NCBI GenBank assembly: GCA_963931165.1
Contig: OZ006985.1
Location: 744,532 to 808,531 of the forward strand
DNA: 64,000 bases
Reading direction: 5' to 3'
From: an uncultured Christensenellaceae bacterium
Lineage (GTDB): Bacteria > Bacillota > Clostridia > Christensenellales > UBA3700
Shown here in pieces: positions 30,009 through 40,081 of the stretch; position 1 is the first letter of the stretch, and each line of letters begins with the position of its first letter. The notes beneath the pieces are model-generated. The model searched no databases. It worked only from the letters and a program-made list of their open reading frames with translations, and was not told where the DNA came from. Made by a program: the position numbers and the translations under genes.

Positions 30009-30822
30009 GATCGCGGACATCCTCAAAAGACACGGCTTCGGCTTTGACAAGCGGCTCGGTCAAAACTTTTTGACCGACGCCAATCTGCTTGCCGCGATCG
30101 CCGACGACGCCGGAGTGACGGCGGAAGATACCGTGCTCGAGATCGGCGCGGGAGCGGGCACGCTGACGCGCGCGCTCGCGGACAGGGCGGCGCGGGTAGT
30201 CGCGCTCGAAGTGGACGAGCACTTGCGCCCCGTCCTTGCCGAGACGCTTGCGGACAAGGGCAACGCCAAGGTCGTGTTCAAGGACTTCCGCTCGGTCGGA
30301 GACGATGAACTTCGCGCGCTGGTCGGCGACGCGTTCAAGGTGGTCGCCAACCTGCCGTACTACATCACGACGCCGATCGTGATGCGCTTTGTCGAAGGGG
30401 ACGTGCGCCCCGTGAGCATGTCGGTGATGGTCCAAAAAGAAGTCGCCGACCGCCTCGCCGCCGCACCCGGGACTGCCGATTACGGCGCGATCACCGCGTC
30501 GGTCGCGCTCTGCTGCGACGTCAGGATAACGAGGTTCGTTCCGCGGTCGCTGTTCACGCCGCCTCCAAATGTCGACAGCAGCGTCGTCAGACTTGATTTT
30601 GTAGACAAGCTGCCGAGGGAAGAGGAACAAAAGACGCGCCGACTGATCGGCGCGGCGTTCGCGATGAGGCGCAAGACTTTGGTCAACAATCTCGCCCGCT
30701 GCGGGTACTCAAAAGAGGCTGTCGCCGCGGCGCTCGAAAAGATGGGGCTGCGCGCCGACGTCAGAGGAGAAACGCTGTCCTACCTCGACTTTGCAAAATT
30801 GCAAAATTTGCTGTCTGTGTAG
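30001..30822 (+). CDS. rsmA: 16S rRNA m6,2A1518/1519 dimethyltransferase
   Basis: LGQNFL, EIGAGAG and ANLPYYIT motifs. Confidence 0.96.
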   Translation: MDKIADILKRHGFGFDKRLGQNFLTDANLLAAIADDAGVTAEDTVLEIGAGAGTLTRALADRAARVVALEVDEHLRPVLAETLADKGNAKVVFKDFRSVGDDELRALVGDAFKVVANLPYYITTPIVMRFVEGDVRPVSMSVMVQKEVADRLAAAPGTADYGAITASVALCCDVRITRFVPRSLFTPPPNVDSSVVRLDFVDKLPREEEQKTRRLIGAAFAMRRKTLVNNLARCGYSKEAVAAALEKMGLRADVRGETLSYLDFAKLQNLLSV

Positions 30823-30834
30823 GTTATCGGCACT

Positions 30835-31233
30835 TTATTGCTCAAACTCTTCCGGGTGAGAAGCGCGATATTCTCTTTCGCTCGCTTCAAGCTCGGAATA
30901 TTTTTGTCTTATCTTTTTGTCGCGGTTGAACAACGTCAAACCGATCGCGATCGTCGCCGCGGTCACGGCGATCAACGCATAGCAAGCCGTCATTTCGCCG
31001 AGCACGCCCGTCAAAATGCATGCGTGCAGGGACGAAAGAACGATCAGCGTCAATATGCCGGCGCGCTGCACGATGTAGCGGCCGGCGCGTTTGCCGCGCT
31101 CGCTGCGCGGGTCCTTGTGATAGCCGCCGAGCAATATCCCTCCGACGCCGAAGAGAAAGCATACGCCTATCGCATAGACGGGCGCAAACACCACTGATAC
31201 GATCACCGCAACTGCAATGTTGAGTTCGGGCAT
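30835..31233 (-). CDS. Hypothetical membrane protein (3 TM)
   Basis: GGAGG SD before ATG 31233; hydrophobic segments. Confidence 0.65.
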   Translation of the reverse strand: MPELNIAVAVIVSVVFAPVYAIGVCFLFGVGGILLGGYHKDPRSERGKRAGRYIVQRAGILTLIVLSSLHACILTGVLGEMTACYALIAVTAATIAIGLTLFNRDKKIRQKYSELEASEREYRASHPEEFEQ

Positions 31234-31370
31234 ATTCACCTCCGAAGACTTCCAAGTGCATTATAGCATAACGGGGGGATTGTATCAATACAGATTTTTG
31301 CGGCAAACAGCGTTCGTTCGCGGAATATCGCGCGTCCGCTTAGACTATATTGAAGTGTAACGGAGGCGAT

Positions 31371-32141
31371 ATGAAAGTTGTCAACAGATTTGTGCTCAAA
31401 GCCGGCGACGAGGCAAAGGGCGTCGCAAAGATAGTGAAAGGCGGCGGCAAAAACTATGTCGAAGCGAGCTGCGCGGCGGCGTTCGACGCCGTGATCGCGA
31501 ATGTCGGCGGCAAAGCGGTCGAAATCGGCGATGGCGGCGTGGAGGGAGAAGTGAGAGGAGTTGCGCTCTTCGGGGACGGCGTACTCGTCGCCTCGGGCGG
31601 CGAAGCGATCGGCTTTGCACCGAAAACCGTTCAAGAAACCGTGCCAGAAGCCGCGCCCGAAGAGACGGGGCAAGAGACCGAGGTGACGTCCGAAGAGAAA
31701 CCTCAACCGCCGACCGAGAGCGCCGAAGATGAGAGCGCCGATGCCGAGCAAGGCGTCGAAGAGAAGCCCGAGGAGCTCGTTGAGCAGGGCGCGCCGGAAG
31801 ATGAGCATGCTCCGCAAAGAGGGGGACAGGGCGAGTTCTTCAAGCTGATCGAACAAAAGCTGAAAGAGTTGTTCGACGGCAGAGAGAGGGCAAGCGAACT
31901 CGAAGCGCTGTTTCCCGACTCAAAGTGGGTGAGGGTGGATGACGGCGGCGAGGTGGCATACGTCGTCGGCGTGATCGGCGACCCCGTCAAGTTCATCTGT
32001 TACGGCGTACCCGACGCGGACGGCAGCGCTCCGCCGAAAGGCAAAGAGGAGAGCCGCCAATGGCTGCCCGTGCCCGGAGGAGGCGGATATTGGATGATGT
32101 ATCAATCGGCGGAGGATGGGAGCACGCTGACCGCTTTTTGA
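31371..32141 (+). CDS. Hypothetical protein with acidic linker
   Basis: CGGAGG SD; globular N- and C-terminal parts separated by an E/P-rich linker. Confidence 0.7.
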   Translation: MKVVNRFVLKAGDEAKGVAKIVKGGGKNYVEASCAAAFDAVIANVGGKAVEIGDGGVEGEVRGVALFGDGVLVASGGEAIGFAPKTVQETVPEAAPEETGQETEVTSEEKPQPPTESAEDESADAEQGVEEKPEELVEQGAPEDEHAPQRGGQGEFFKLIEQKLKELFDGRERASELEALFPDSKWVRVDDGGEVAYVVGVIGDPVKFICYGVPDADGSAPPKGKEESRQWLPVPGGGGYWMMYQSAEDGSTLTAF

Positions 32142-32339
32142 GGACATGTATTGAGAAAACGCACAAATATATCGGTTTTTGAAGGGGCGGAGCTAAAACA
32201 GAAGGCTCCGCCTCTCGTCCCCGCGGATACATTATAATGTAATTATTAGGTAAAATCTCGCCGTCCGAGCCGCGAATATATTGACCGAATATATGCTTTG
32301 GCATAAAATAGATGTACGACAAGAAAAAGGCAGGTGTTT

Positions 32340-34802
32340 ATGCTCGAACTTCGTAACATCACCAAAGACTATCCCGTGGGCGACGGCGTCGTCCGCGCGC
32401 TCAAGGGCATCGACCTCAAATTCCGCGACACCGAATTCGTGTCCGTGCTGGGACAGTCGGGCTGCGGCAAGACCACGCTCCTCAACATCATCGGCGGTCT
32501 CGACCGCTATACGTCGGGCGACCTGTTGATCGACGGCGTGTCGACCAAGGTCTACAAGGACGTCGATTGGGACGCATACCGCAACCTCAGGATAGGCTTT
32601 GTCTTCCAAAGTTACAACCTCATTTCGCACATGACCATTTTGGACAACGTCGCGATGGCTTTGACGCTGTCCGGCGTCAGCCGCGCCGAGCGCAACAGGC
32701 GTGCGCGAGAAGCTCTCGCAAAGGTCGGGCTTTCCGAGCAGATCAAGAAGCTGCCCAATCAGCTGTCGGGCGGTCAGATGCAGCGCGTTTCTATCGCGCG
32801 TGCGCTGATCAACGACCCCGAGATCATTCTTGCCGACGAGCCGACCGGCGCGCTCGATAGCGCGACCAGCATCCAGGTCATGGACCTTCTCAAAGAGATC
32901 TCCAAGACGCGGCTCATCATCATGGTCACGCACAACTCCGAGCTTGCGGACAGATATTCGACGCGCATCGTCAGGCTCAAAGACGGCGAGGTCATCGGCG
33001 ACAGCGATCCGTTCACTCCCGAAGAGAACACCGAGGCGCTGAGCAAGGAGATCGCTTCCGCCGCGCCCGACAAGCAGCTGACGGTCAAGGAGAAAAAGAA
33101 GAGGCTCAAGCGCACGAGCATGAGCTTCTTGACCGCGATCAAGCTGTCCTTCCGCAACCTTATGACCAAAAAAGGAAGGACGATCATGACCGCGATCGCA
33201 GGCAGTATAGGCATCATAGGCGTGTCGCTGGTGCTGGCGATCTCCAACGGCTTCACGAGCTATGTCACCGATCTTCAGACGACGGTGCTGTCCGGCTATC
33301 CGATACAGATCGCGAGCAGTGCGATCGACACCAACGCCGCGATGTCCATCATTTCGGGTATGACCGGCGACGCCGGCGACAAACAATACCCGGACGACGA
33401 CTTTGTCTACGGCTTCGATTCGTCCGATATGATGGAGGACATCATCATCGACAACAGCTTCGGTCAAGACTATATCGACTATGTCAATGAGGTCAAAGAT
33501 AAGGGCTGGGCGAGCAGCATTTCGTACGGCTACGCGATGGAGACCACCGTCGTCGGACCGACGATCGACGCGGACGGCAACACCGTCTATCAGCAGGTCA
33601 ATGTCAAAAAAGGCATGTTGGACGGCATCTTGGGCGGCAACTTCGGAGGGCAGAAGACCCCGTCGATCGGCTGGTATCAAATGGTCGGCGGCAAAGAGTT
33701 CATCCTGTCGCAATACGACATGATCGCAGGCACCAAGTTCCCGTCATCGGCGAACGAGGTCGTGCTGGTCGTCGACACCTACAACAGCGTGAGCGTAGAG
33801 GTGTTGATGGGGCTCGGCTTTGACCCCGACGAGTGCGATCAGGTCAGTTTCGACGACATCATCGGGCGCAAATTGACAGTCGTCGACAACAACGCTCTCT
33901 ATCAAAGACTCGATACGCCGAACGGCAACAAGCAGTTCAACAAACAGAGCGGAAGCGACTTCTACCGCAAATGCTGCGAAGAGGGCGGCGACGGTACGAC
34001 TCAGCTCGAAGTTGTCGCGGTGCTCCGTCTCAAACCGGACGTCATGCTCGGCTTGCTCTATCAGGGGATCAACTACACCCCCGAATTGACGGAGTATTTG
34101 CTCGACGTCAACGGCGCGTCACCCGTGGTCGCCGCACAGGCGGCGGACACCGAATACAACGTCGTCACAGGCGGACGCATCGCTTTGAGTGGCTCGACGC
34201 ACAAGGAGATCATGCAGCAGCTCGGCGGCGATCGTACCCCCGACAGCATGAACATCTATCCCGTCGACTTTGAGAACAAGGAGTATATCCTCGACTATCT
34301 CGACGCGTGGAACGACACTCATGCAGGCAACGAGGTGCAATACACCGACATGTCCGCGACCGCCACCGACATGATGAATGAGATCATTCGCATCATTTCC
34401 ATCGTCCTCGTCTGCTTCGCGGCGATCTCGCTGGTCGTGTCGTCGGTGATGATCGGCATCATAACCTACGTCTCCGTCGTCGAGAGGACTAAGGAGATAG
34501 GCATTTTGCGGTCGCTCGGCGCACGCAAGAGAGACATATACAACGTGTTCAACGCCGAGAGCTTCATCGTCGGCTTGTTTGCGGGCGTGATCGGCATCTT
34601 GGTGACCTATATCCTGCAACCTATCGTCAACGTGATCATCCAAAACCTCGCGAATATGGGCTCGCTGACACTGTGCGTGTTCAATCCTCTGCACGCGCTT
34701 TTGATGATCGTGATCAGCTTCTGTCTGACGGTGATCGCCGGGCTTGTCCCGTCGTCCGTTGCGGCAAAGCGCGACCCGGTCGTCGCTCTGAGGTCGGAAT
34801 AA
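32340..34802 (+). CDS. MacB/FtsX-type fused ABC transporter (ATPase plus permease)
   Basis: GQSGCGKTT, LSGGQ, DEPTGALD; TM1, large extracellular domain, ERTKEIGILRSLGA, C-terminal TMs. Confidence 0.93.
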   Translation: MLELRNITKDYPVGDGVVRALKGIDLKFRDTEFVSVLGQSGCGKTTLLNIIGGLDRYTSGDLLIDGVSTKVYKDVDWDAYRNLRIGFVFQSYNLISHMTILDNVAMALTLSGVSRAERNRRAREALAKVGLSEQIKKLPNQLSGGQMQRVSIARALINDPEIILADEPTGALDSATSIQVMDLLKEISKTRLIIMVTHNSELADRYSTRIVRLKDGEVIGDSDPFTPEENTEALSKEIASAAPDKQLTVKEKKKRLKRTSMSFLTAIKLSFRNLMTKKGRTIMTAIAGSIGIIGVSLVLAISNGFTSYVTDLQTTVLSGYPIQIASSAIDTNAAMSIISGMTGDAGDKQYPDDDFVYGFDSSDMMEDIIIDNSFGQDYIDYVNEVKDKGWASSISYGYAMETTVVGPTIDADGNTVYQQVNVKKGMLDGILGGNFGGQKTPSIGWYQMVGGKEFILSQYDMIAGTKFPSSANEVVLVVDTYNSVSVEVLMGLGFDPDECDQVSFDDIIGRKLTVVDNNALYQRLDTPNGNKQFNKQSGSDFYRKCCEEGGDGTTQLEVVAVLRLKPDVMLGLLYQGINYTPELTEYLLDVNGASPVVAAQAADTEYNVVTGGRIALSGSTHKEIMQQLGGDRTPDSMNIYPVDFENKEYILDYLDAWNDTHAGNEVQYTDMSATATDMMNEIIRIISIVLVCFAAISLVVSSVMIGIITYVSVVERTKEIGILRSLGARKRDIYNVFNAESFIVGLFAGVIGILVTYILQPIVNVIIQNLANMGSLTLCVFNPLHALLMIVISFCLTVIAGLVPSSVAAKRDPVVALRSE

Positions 34803-34951
34803 CACCTTTGACCGAGGCTTGCCTCGGGCGATAATATAACCTCAAACGAGAGGCGGTCCTCACGGGGCCGTCTCTTTTTGCCGAAAAAGTTGAAAAGGAA
34901 GAGAAGTGGTGCTATATCAAAAAAGGCGCGGTATGCGCCAAGGAGGACAAA

Positions 34952-35149
34952 ATGAAGAAATTGCTTGCGACATTTGCCGTGACAACTTTGCTCGTGATCC
35001 TTGCTGTCTCGGCAGTTTCTTGTGTCTATCAGCCCGACGGGGACAGGACCATCGACTACGGCGCTCTCGGAGAGCCGGTCTTCGCGGACGAGTTCGTCAT
35101 CGACTATGTCCGCTGCTATGATGTGGACGAAATACCTTTTGTGAAATAA
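34952..35149 (+). CDS. Small putative lipoprotein
   Basis: AAGGAGG SD; signal peptide ending in lipobox-like AVSC. Confidence 0.6.
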   Translation: MKKLLATFAVTTLLVILAVSAVSCVYQPDGDRTIDYGALGEPVFADEFVIDYVRCYDVDEIPFVK

Positions 35150-35160
35150 GAGGACAAAAC

Positions 35161-35196
35161 AATACCGCCGCGGCAACACGCCGCGGCGGTATTTTT
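35161..35196. terminator. Bidirectional terminator
   Basis: AATACCGCCGCGGC-5nt-GCCGCGGCGGTATT between convergent genes. Confidence 0.85.
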
Positions 35197-35203
35197 GTAC
35201 GGT

Positions 35204-35626
35204 TTATTCTTTGTTTTCGTTCTCTTCGTTGCGCATTTGATCTTCGAGGCGCTCCTGCTTTTTCTTGACCGCTTCGGTCGCCGCGTTGCACGCCTTGTTC
35301 ATCAACAGCGACACGACGATGATGATCGCGATCGTGATGAAGATCGCCAGCACGCCTTTCCACATGATGTTGAGCGCGGCAATGACGTTGTTCTTGTCAA
35401 AGTGCAGGTCGAGTATTCCTCCGTCGTCCGCCGCGTCGGCGTCTTCGGAAGGGGTCTCGTCGGCGCCGTCTTCGGCGGGCGGTTGTACGGTCTCGCCCTC
35501 GGCAGGGACGTCGGCAGGCGCGCTCTCTTCGGCGCAGACGGTCGTGCCGAACGCGAACAGAGTCAGCAACACGATCAGGCACAGCAGCGTGCCCACGCAG
35601 ATCTTGGTCAAAACATTGTTTTTCAT
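35204..35626 (-). CDS. OadG-like gamma subunit with signal peptide and acidic extension
   Basis: MWKGVLAIFITIAIII TM segment; directly downstream of oadB; AGGAGG SD. Confidence 0.6.
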   Translation of the reverse strand: MKNNVLTKICVGTLLCLIVLLTLFAFGTTVCAEESAPADVPAEGETVQPPAEDGADETPSEDADAADDGGILDLHFDKNNVIAALNIMWKGVLAIFITIAIIIVVSLLMNKACNAATEAVKKKQERLEDQMRNEENENKE

Positions 35627-35639
35627 ATCACGCACCTCC

Positions 35640-36755
35640 TCAAGCGAGCACCAGACTGATGATCAGTCCGCCGACGATCGCCGAAGCGATCTGACCCGAG
35701 ACGTTGGCGCCTATCGCGTGCATCAACAGGTGGTTGGTGGGATCTTCTTTGAGCCCCATCTTTTGAATGACCCTCGCCGACATCGGGAAGGCGGAAATGC
35801 CTGCCGCGCCGATCATCGGGTTGATCTTCTTCTTGGAGAACAGGTTCATCACCTTGGCAAAGCCTACGCCCGCCGCAGTGTCGAAGACGAACGCCAAAAG
35901 TCCGAGCGCGAGGATGAGCAAGGTTTCGAGCTGCAGGAAGGCTTCGCCCCTCATCTGCGACGCGATCGTCAAGCCCAAAAGCAGCGTGATCAGGTTGGCG
36001 AGGATGTTTTGCGCCGTCTCGGACATCAATCTCAAAACGCCGCACTCGCGCAACAGGTTGCCGAACATCAGGAAGCCGACCAGCGCCAGCGACTTGGGTG
36101 CAATCAAACCGGCAACCACCGTAACGACGATGGGGAAGAGAATCTTGGTCGTGCGCGACACCTGCGCGGAGTTGTAATCCATGCGGATGAGCCGTTCCTT
36201 TTTGGTCGTCATCAGCTTGACGACAGCCGGCTGTATGATCGGGACGAGCGCCATATACGAGTAGGCAACGATTGTAATCGGCCCCAAGTACTTGCTGGCG
36301 AGCGCCTGTGCGACGACAATCGAGGTCGGTCCGTCTGCCGCGCCTATGATCGCGATGGACGCCGCGTCGTTGAGCCCGAATCCGAACAGCGTCGCCAAAA
36401 GCAGCGTCATGAAGATGCCGAACTGCGCCGCGCCGCCAAGCAAGAACAGCTTTGGATTGGACAGCAGCGGACCGAAGTCTATCATCGCGCCTATGCCGAT
36501 GAACAGCAATATCGGCATCGCCTCCGATGCCTCGATGCCGATCTCGAACATCCAGTCGATGATGCCCGCCGTCTCGCCGTCGTTGACGACGTTGGAAAGG
36601 GGGATATTGACAAGGATCGCGCCGAAGCCCATGGGCAGCAACAGCGACGGCTCCATGTCAAACTTGATTGCAAGGAAGATCAACAATGCGCCGATGAACC
36701 ACATGACGACGTTCTGCCACGACACATTGGCGATGCTTTCGATCAAGAAATCCAT
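35640..36755 (-). CDS. oadB: Na+-translocating decarboxylase beta subunit
   Basis: IGAMIDFGPLL, IIGAADGPT, YSYMALVPIIQP and SAFPMSAR motifs. Confidence 0.93.
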   Translation of the reverse strand: MDFLIESIANVSWQNVVMWFIGALLIFLAIKFDMEPSLLLPMGFGAILVNIPLSNVVNDGETAGIIDWMFEIGIEASEAMPILLFIGIGAMIDFGPLLSNPKLFLLGGAAQFGIFMTLLLATLFGFGLNDAASIAIIGAADGPTSIVVAQALASKYLGPITIVAYSYMALVPIIQPAVVKLMTTKKERLIRMDYNSAQVSRTTKILFPIVVTVVAGLIAPKSLALVGFLMFGNLLRECGVLRLMSETAQNILANLITLLLGLTIASQMRGEAFLQLETLLILALGLLAFVFDTAAGVGFAKVMNLFSKKKINPMIGAAGISAFPMSARVIQKMGLKEDPTNHLLMHAIGANVSGQIASAIVGGLIISLVLA

Positions 36756-36777
36756 ATGATACTCCTCTTATAGTTTT

Positions 36778-36938
36778 GAAAACCGCAGACCGACGTCGTC
36801 GATCCGCGGTCTCGTCATTTGAAATTAAACCGGAAGGCATTGCCTTCGTGTTAGCGGCTAATTACGCAAAAGCGCCGACTACTCCCCGCGAGGGTTTCCT
36901 GCCCCAATAGTATAAAATAATGCGCGCGCCAAAGTCAA
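36778..36938 (-). promoter_or_regulatory. oadB promoter and long leader with internal terminator (riboswitch/attenuator candidate)
   Basis: TTGACT-18bp-TATACT; 13-bp stem (36782-36810) plus U-run upstream of the SD. Confidence 0.55.
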
Positions 36939-37023
36939 CAATTTTTTGGGCGTATGTGCGAAGTTGCGCCGGCGCGGGCAAATGTGGTATAATCATCGTG
37001 CGCGAAAGCGCGTGAGGTGAGTG

Positions 37024-37494
37024 ATGGAAAAGATCGCGAGTTTTTGTATCGATCACGAAAAATTGCTGCCGGGACTTTATGTCTCGAGAAAGGATCGCCG
37101 CGACGGCGTGATCGTCACGACGTTCGATCTGCGCTTTGTCGCGCCCAACCGCGAGCCGGTCATAGACATGCCGGCGCTGCATACGATCGAACACGTCGGC
37201 GCGACATTTTTGAGAAACGGCGAGCGCAAAGACGACGTCGTCTACTTCGGACCGATGGGTTGCAGGACGGGCTTTTATCTGCTCATGTTCGGCGACTTGA
37301 CCGCAAAAGACGTGCTGCCGCTCGTCGAGGACATGTGCCGCTTCGTGCTCGGCTTCGAAGGGGAGATCCCCGGCGCAAAGCCGTCCGAGTGCGGCAATTG
37401 GTCGGAACAAAACCTTGCGATGGCAAAGTTCTATGTCGCGAGATATCTCGACTCGCTCGAAAAACACGCGCGTACAGAATATCCGAAAATTTAG
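37024..37494 (+). CDS. luxS: S-ribosylhomocysteine lyase
   Basis: HTIEH and GPMGCRTGFY motifs; C-terminal CGN. Confidence 0.97.
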   Translation: MEKIASFCIDHEKLLPGLYVSRKDRRDGVIVTTFDLRFVAPNREPVIDMPALHTIEHVGATFLRNGERKDDVVYFGPMGCRTGFYLLMFGDLTAKDVLPLVEDMCRFVLGFEGEIPGAKPSECGNWSEQNLAMAKFYVARYLDSLEKHARTEYPKI

Positions 37495-37614
37495 GTGCCC
37501 GTGTCGATAAAACGCGGTTTTTTGAAACCGTGCCGAAATCGTTTTCAATGCGCAGATGACGATGCGTCTCAAAACGATTGCCTCTGCGCCCGCTTTGTTT
37601 TATAATGTTCTACG

Positions 37615-39825
37615 ATGAAAGGTACAGTGCTTGAGATCATTTTCAGGAACGCCGACAACGGCTATTGCGTCCTCTACATGCAGGGGGACGTGCTGCCGTT
37701 CACCGCGGTCGGGGTCTTCCCGCCGATCACAGAGGGCGAGACGCTCGAGATGGACGGCAATTGGGTCAAGAACAGCCGCTACGGCGAGCAGTTCTCGGTG
37801 ACGTCCGTCAAGGTGCTGCCGCCCACGTCGACCGAGGCGATCTTTAAGTATCTGTCAAGCGGATTGTTCAAAGGCGTCGGCGAGGTGACCGCGTACGCGA
37901 TCGTCGAGAAGTTCGGCTCCAAGTCGCTCGACGTCATCGAGCATCAGCCCGCGCGCCTTGCCGAGATCAAGGGCATCTCGCTCAAAAAGGCGCTCGCGAT
38001 CCAAGAGTCTATGCTCTCGCTCAAAGAGATGCAGGACACGATCGTCTATCTCCAAAACTACGGCGTCACGCTCAACCTCGCGATCAAGATATTCAAGGCG
38101 TACGACAAGTCCACCGCAAAGATCGTCGAGACCAATCCCTACAAGCTGGTCGACGACATCGACGGCGTCGGTTTTTTGACCGCGGACAAGATCGCGACTC
38201 AGATCGGCGTCGCGCCCGACAGCCGCTTTCGAGTCGCCGCCGCGGTCGTCCACGTCCTCAAAGAGGCGGCGAACAAGAACGGCGACACCTACCTTCCCGA
38301 GGACAAGCTCGTCGCCGAGGTCGATTCGCTGCTGCGTCTCGACGCGCTCGACGCGGAGACGTTGATCCGCGATATGATCGAGGACTGCGAGGTCACCGGC
38401 AAGATCGTCAGGCTTGAAAAGGACGGCGAGACCGTCGACATGCTCGCCGGCAACTATGTGTGCGAAAAGTCGATCGCGACCTACGTCAGGGCGATGCTCG
38501 ACAACACAGACAGTCTGCCGCTCGACGCCGACGAAGAGATCGCCCTCTACGAAAAGTTCAACAAGATCAAACTTCACCCATCTCAGGTGGAGGCGGTCCG
38601 CAGCTGTTTGATGAAGGACGTCAACATCATCACCGGCGGCCCCGGCACCGGCAAGACCACGATCGTCAAGTGCATCATACATCTGCTGCGCAGCCGCAAC
38701 TATACCGTCTGCCTGTGCGCGCCGACGGGCAGGGCGGCAAAGCGCCTCACCGAGACTACCGGCGTGGAGGCGAAGACGATCCACCGCCTGCTCGACCTCG
38801 ACTTTTCGGACGGCAAGGGCAAGTTCATGTTCAACGAGTCCTCCAAACTTCAAGAGGACGTCATCATAGTCGACGAGGTCAGCATGTGCGACGACTATGT
38901 GTTCAACGCGCTCATCAAGGCGATCAAGTTCGGCGGCAGACTGATCATGGTCGGCGACAAGGACCAGCTGCCGTCCGTCGGCGCGGGCAACGTGCTCGCC
39001 GACATGATCGCGAGCGGGATCGTTCCGGTCAGCTATCTCACGCAGATATACCGCCAAAGTGACGACAGTCTCATCGTCGAGAACGCCCACCGCATCAACG
39101 CCGGCAAGATGCCCGTCATCAATAATCGCAGCCGCGACTTTTTCTTTGACAACAAGTCCGACCCCGAGGACATCCTCGCGACGGTCACCGATATGGTCAC
39201 GCGCCGCATCCCGTCGTACGCGGCAGTCAAGCCGATGGACATCCAGGTGCTTTGCCCGATGAAAAAGGGAGTGATCGGCGTGGAGAACATGAACGACACC
39301 TTACAAGAGGCGCTCAACCCCGCCGCTCGCGGCAAGGCAGAACTTAAAGTCGGCATGCACACATTCCGCACGGGCGACAAGGTCATGCACACCGTCAACA
39401 ACTACGACCTCGAATGGACGGACGAGGAGGGCGGAGCAGGCTCGGGCGTGTTCAACGGCGACATCGGCCGCATCGAACAGATCGACCCCCTCGCCCCGTC
39501 CATGACCATCCTCTTCGACGACGGCAAACGCGTCAAATATATGCAGGGCGACTTCGACGACCTCACCCTCGCCTATGCGATCAGCGTGCACAAGTCGCAG
39601 GGCTCGGAGTTCCCCGTCGTCATCATCGCGCTCATGAGCGGTAACTATATGATCCTCACGCGCAACCTGCTCTATACCGCCGTCACCCGCGCCAAAGAGA
39701 TGGCAGTGCTAATCGGCTCGTCCGACAACCTCGAAAAGATGGTCAAAAACAACTACACGGCGAAGCGGTACAGCATGCTTGAATCGTTTTTGGTGACCGC
39801 GCCGCGCGCATGTGGACAAGGTTGA
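37615..39825 (+). CDS. recD2: RecD2-like SF1B helicase
   Basis: N-terminal OB/HhH region; GGPGTGKT, DEVSM, QLPSVGAG and SVHKSQGSEF motifs. Confidence 0.93.
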   Translation: MKGTVLEIIFRNADNGYCVLYMQGDVLPFTAVGVFPPITEGETLEMDGNWVKNSRYGEQFSVTSVKVLPPTSTEAIFKYLSSGLFKGVGEVTAYAIVEKFGSKSLDVIEHQPARLAEIKGISLKKALAIQESMLSLKEMQDTIVYLQNYGVTLNLAIKIFKAYDKSTAKIVETNPYKLVDDIDGVGFLTADKIATQIGVAPDSRFRVAAAVVHVLKEAANKNGDTYLPEDKLVAEVDSLLRLDALDAETLIRDMIEDCEVTGKIVRLEKDGETVDMLAGNYVCEKSIATYVRAMLDNTDSLPLDADEEIALYEKFNKIKLHPSQVEAVRSCLMKDVNIITGGPGTGKTTIVKCIIHLLRSRNYTVCLCAPTGRAAKRLTETTGVEAKTIHRLLDLDFSDGKGKFMFNESSKLQEDVIIVDEVSMCDDYVFNALIKAIKFGGRLIMVGDKDQLPSVGAGNVLADMIASGIVPVSYLTQIYRQSDDSLIVENAHRINAGKMPVINNRSRDFFFDNKSDPEDILATVTDMVTRRIPSYAAVKPMDIQVLCPMKKGVIGVENMNDTLQEALNPAARGKAELKVGMHTFRTGDKVMHTVNNYDLEWTDEEGGAGSGVFNGDIGRIEQIDPLAPSMTILFDDGKRVKYMQGDFDDLTLAYAISVHKSQGSEFPVVIIALMSGNYMILTRNLLYTAVTRAKEMAVLIGSSDNLEKMVKNNYTAKRYSMLESFLVTAPRACGQG

Positions 39826-39863
39826 GGCGGCGTCTTTTACGCAGGGGCTTCACCCCGCCGCTC

Positions 39864-39996
39864 GCTAAGACCCGAGGGTATTGACCTTCGCGGTCGATGG
39901 TTCGCCCCTGCGCAAAATACGCTCGCCTCAACTGCGAGCACCGACAAAAAATTCCGACGGCAAAACGCCGTCGGATATTTTTATGTCGGCTTGTCC
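39864..39996. repeat. Dispersed hairpin repeat, related to 21066-21197
   Basis: Shared GCTAAGACC...AGGGTATTGACCT and GCACCGACAAA...TGTCGGCTTGTCC blocks. Confidence 0.7.
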
Positions 39997-40081
39997 ACAT
40001 ACACGCGGCGCGGTCTATTTTTTGGGCTCGGTTCTATGCCGTAACAAACATAAGCGCGCGATGACAGCGCGCTTCCTCAGC

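Noticed and set aside
2610-38000. Many long antisense or alternate-frame ORFs, e.g. 10587-12563(-), 15113-17737(-), 26630-28267(-), 32232-33713(-), 35265-36773(+)
   Set aside because: They fully overlap well-supported genes and lack motifs and SDs. They are expected shadows of high-GC codon usage.
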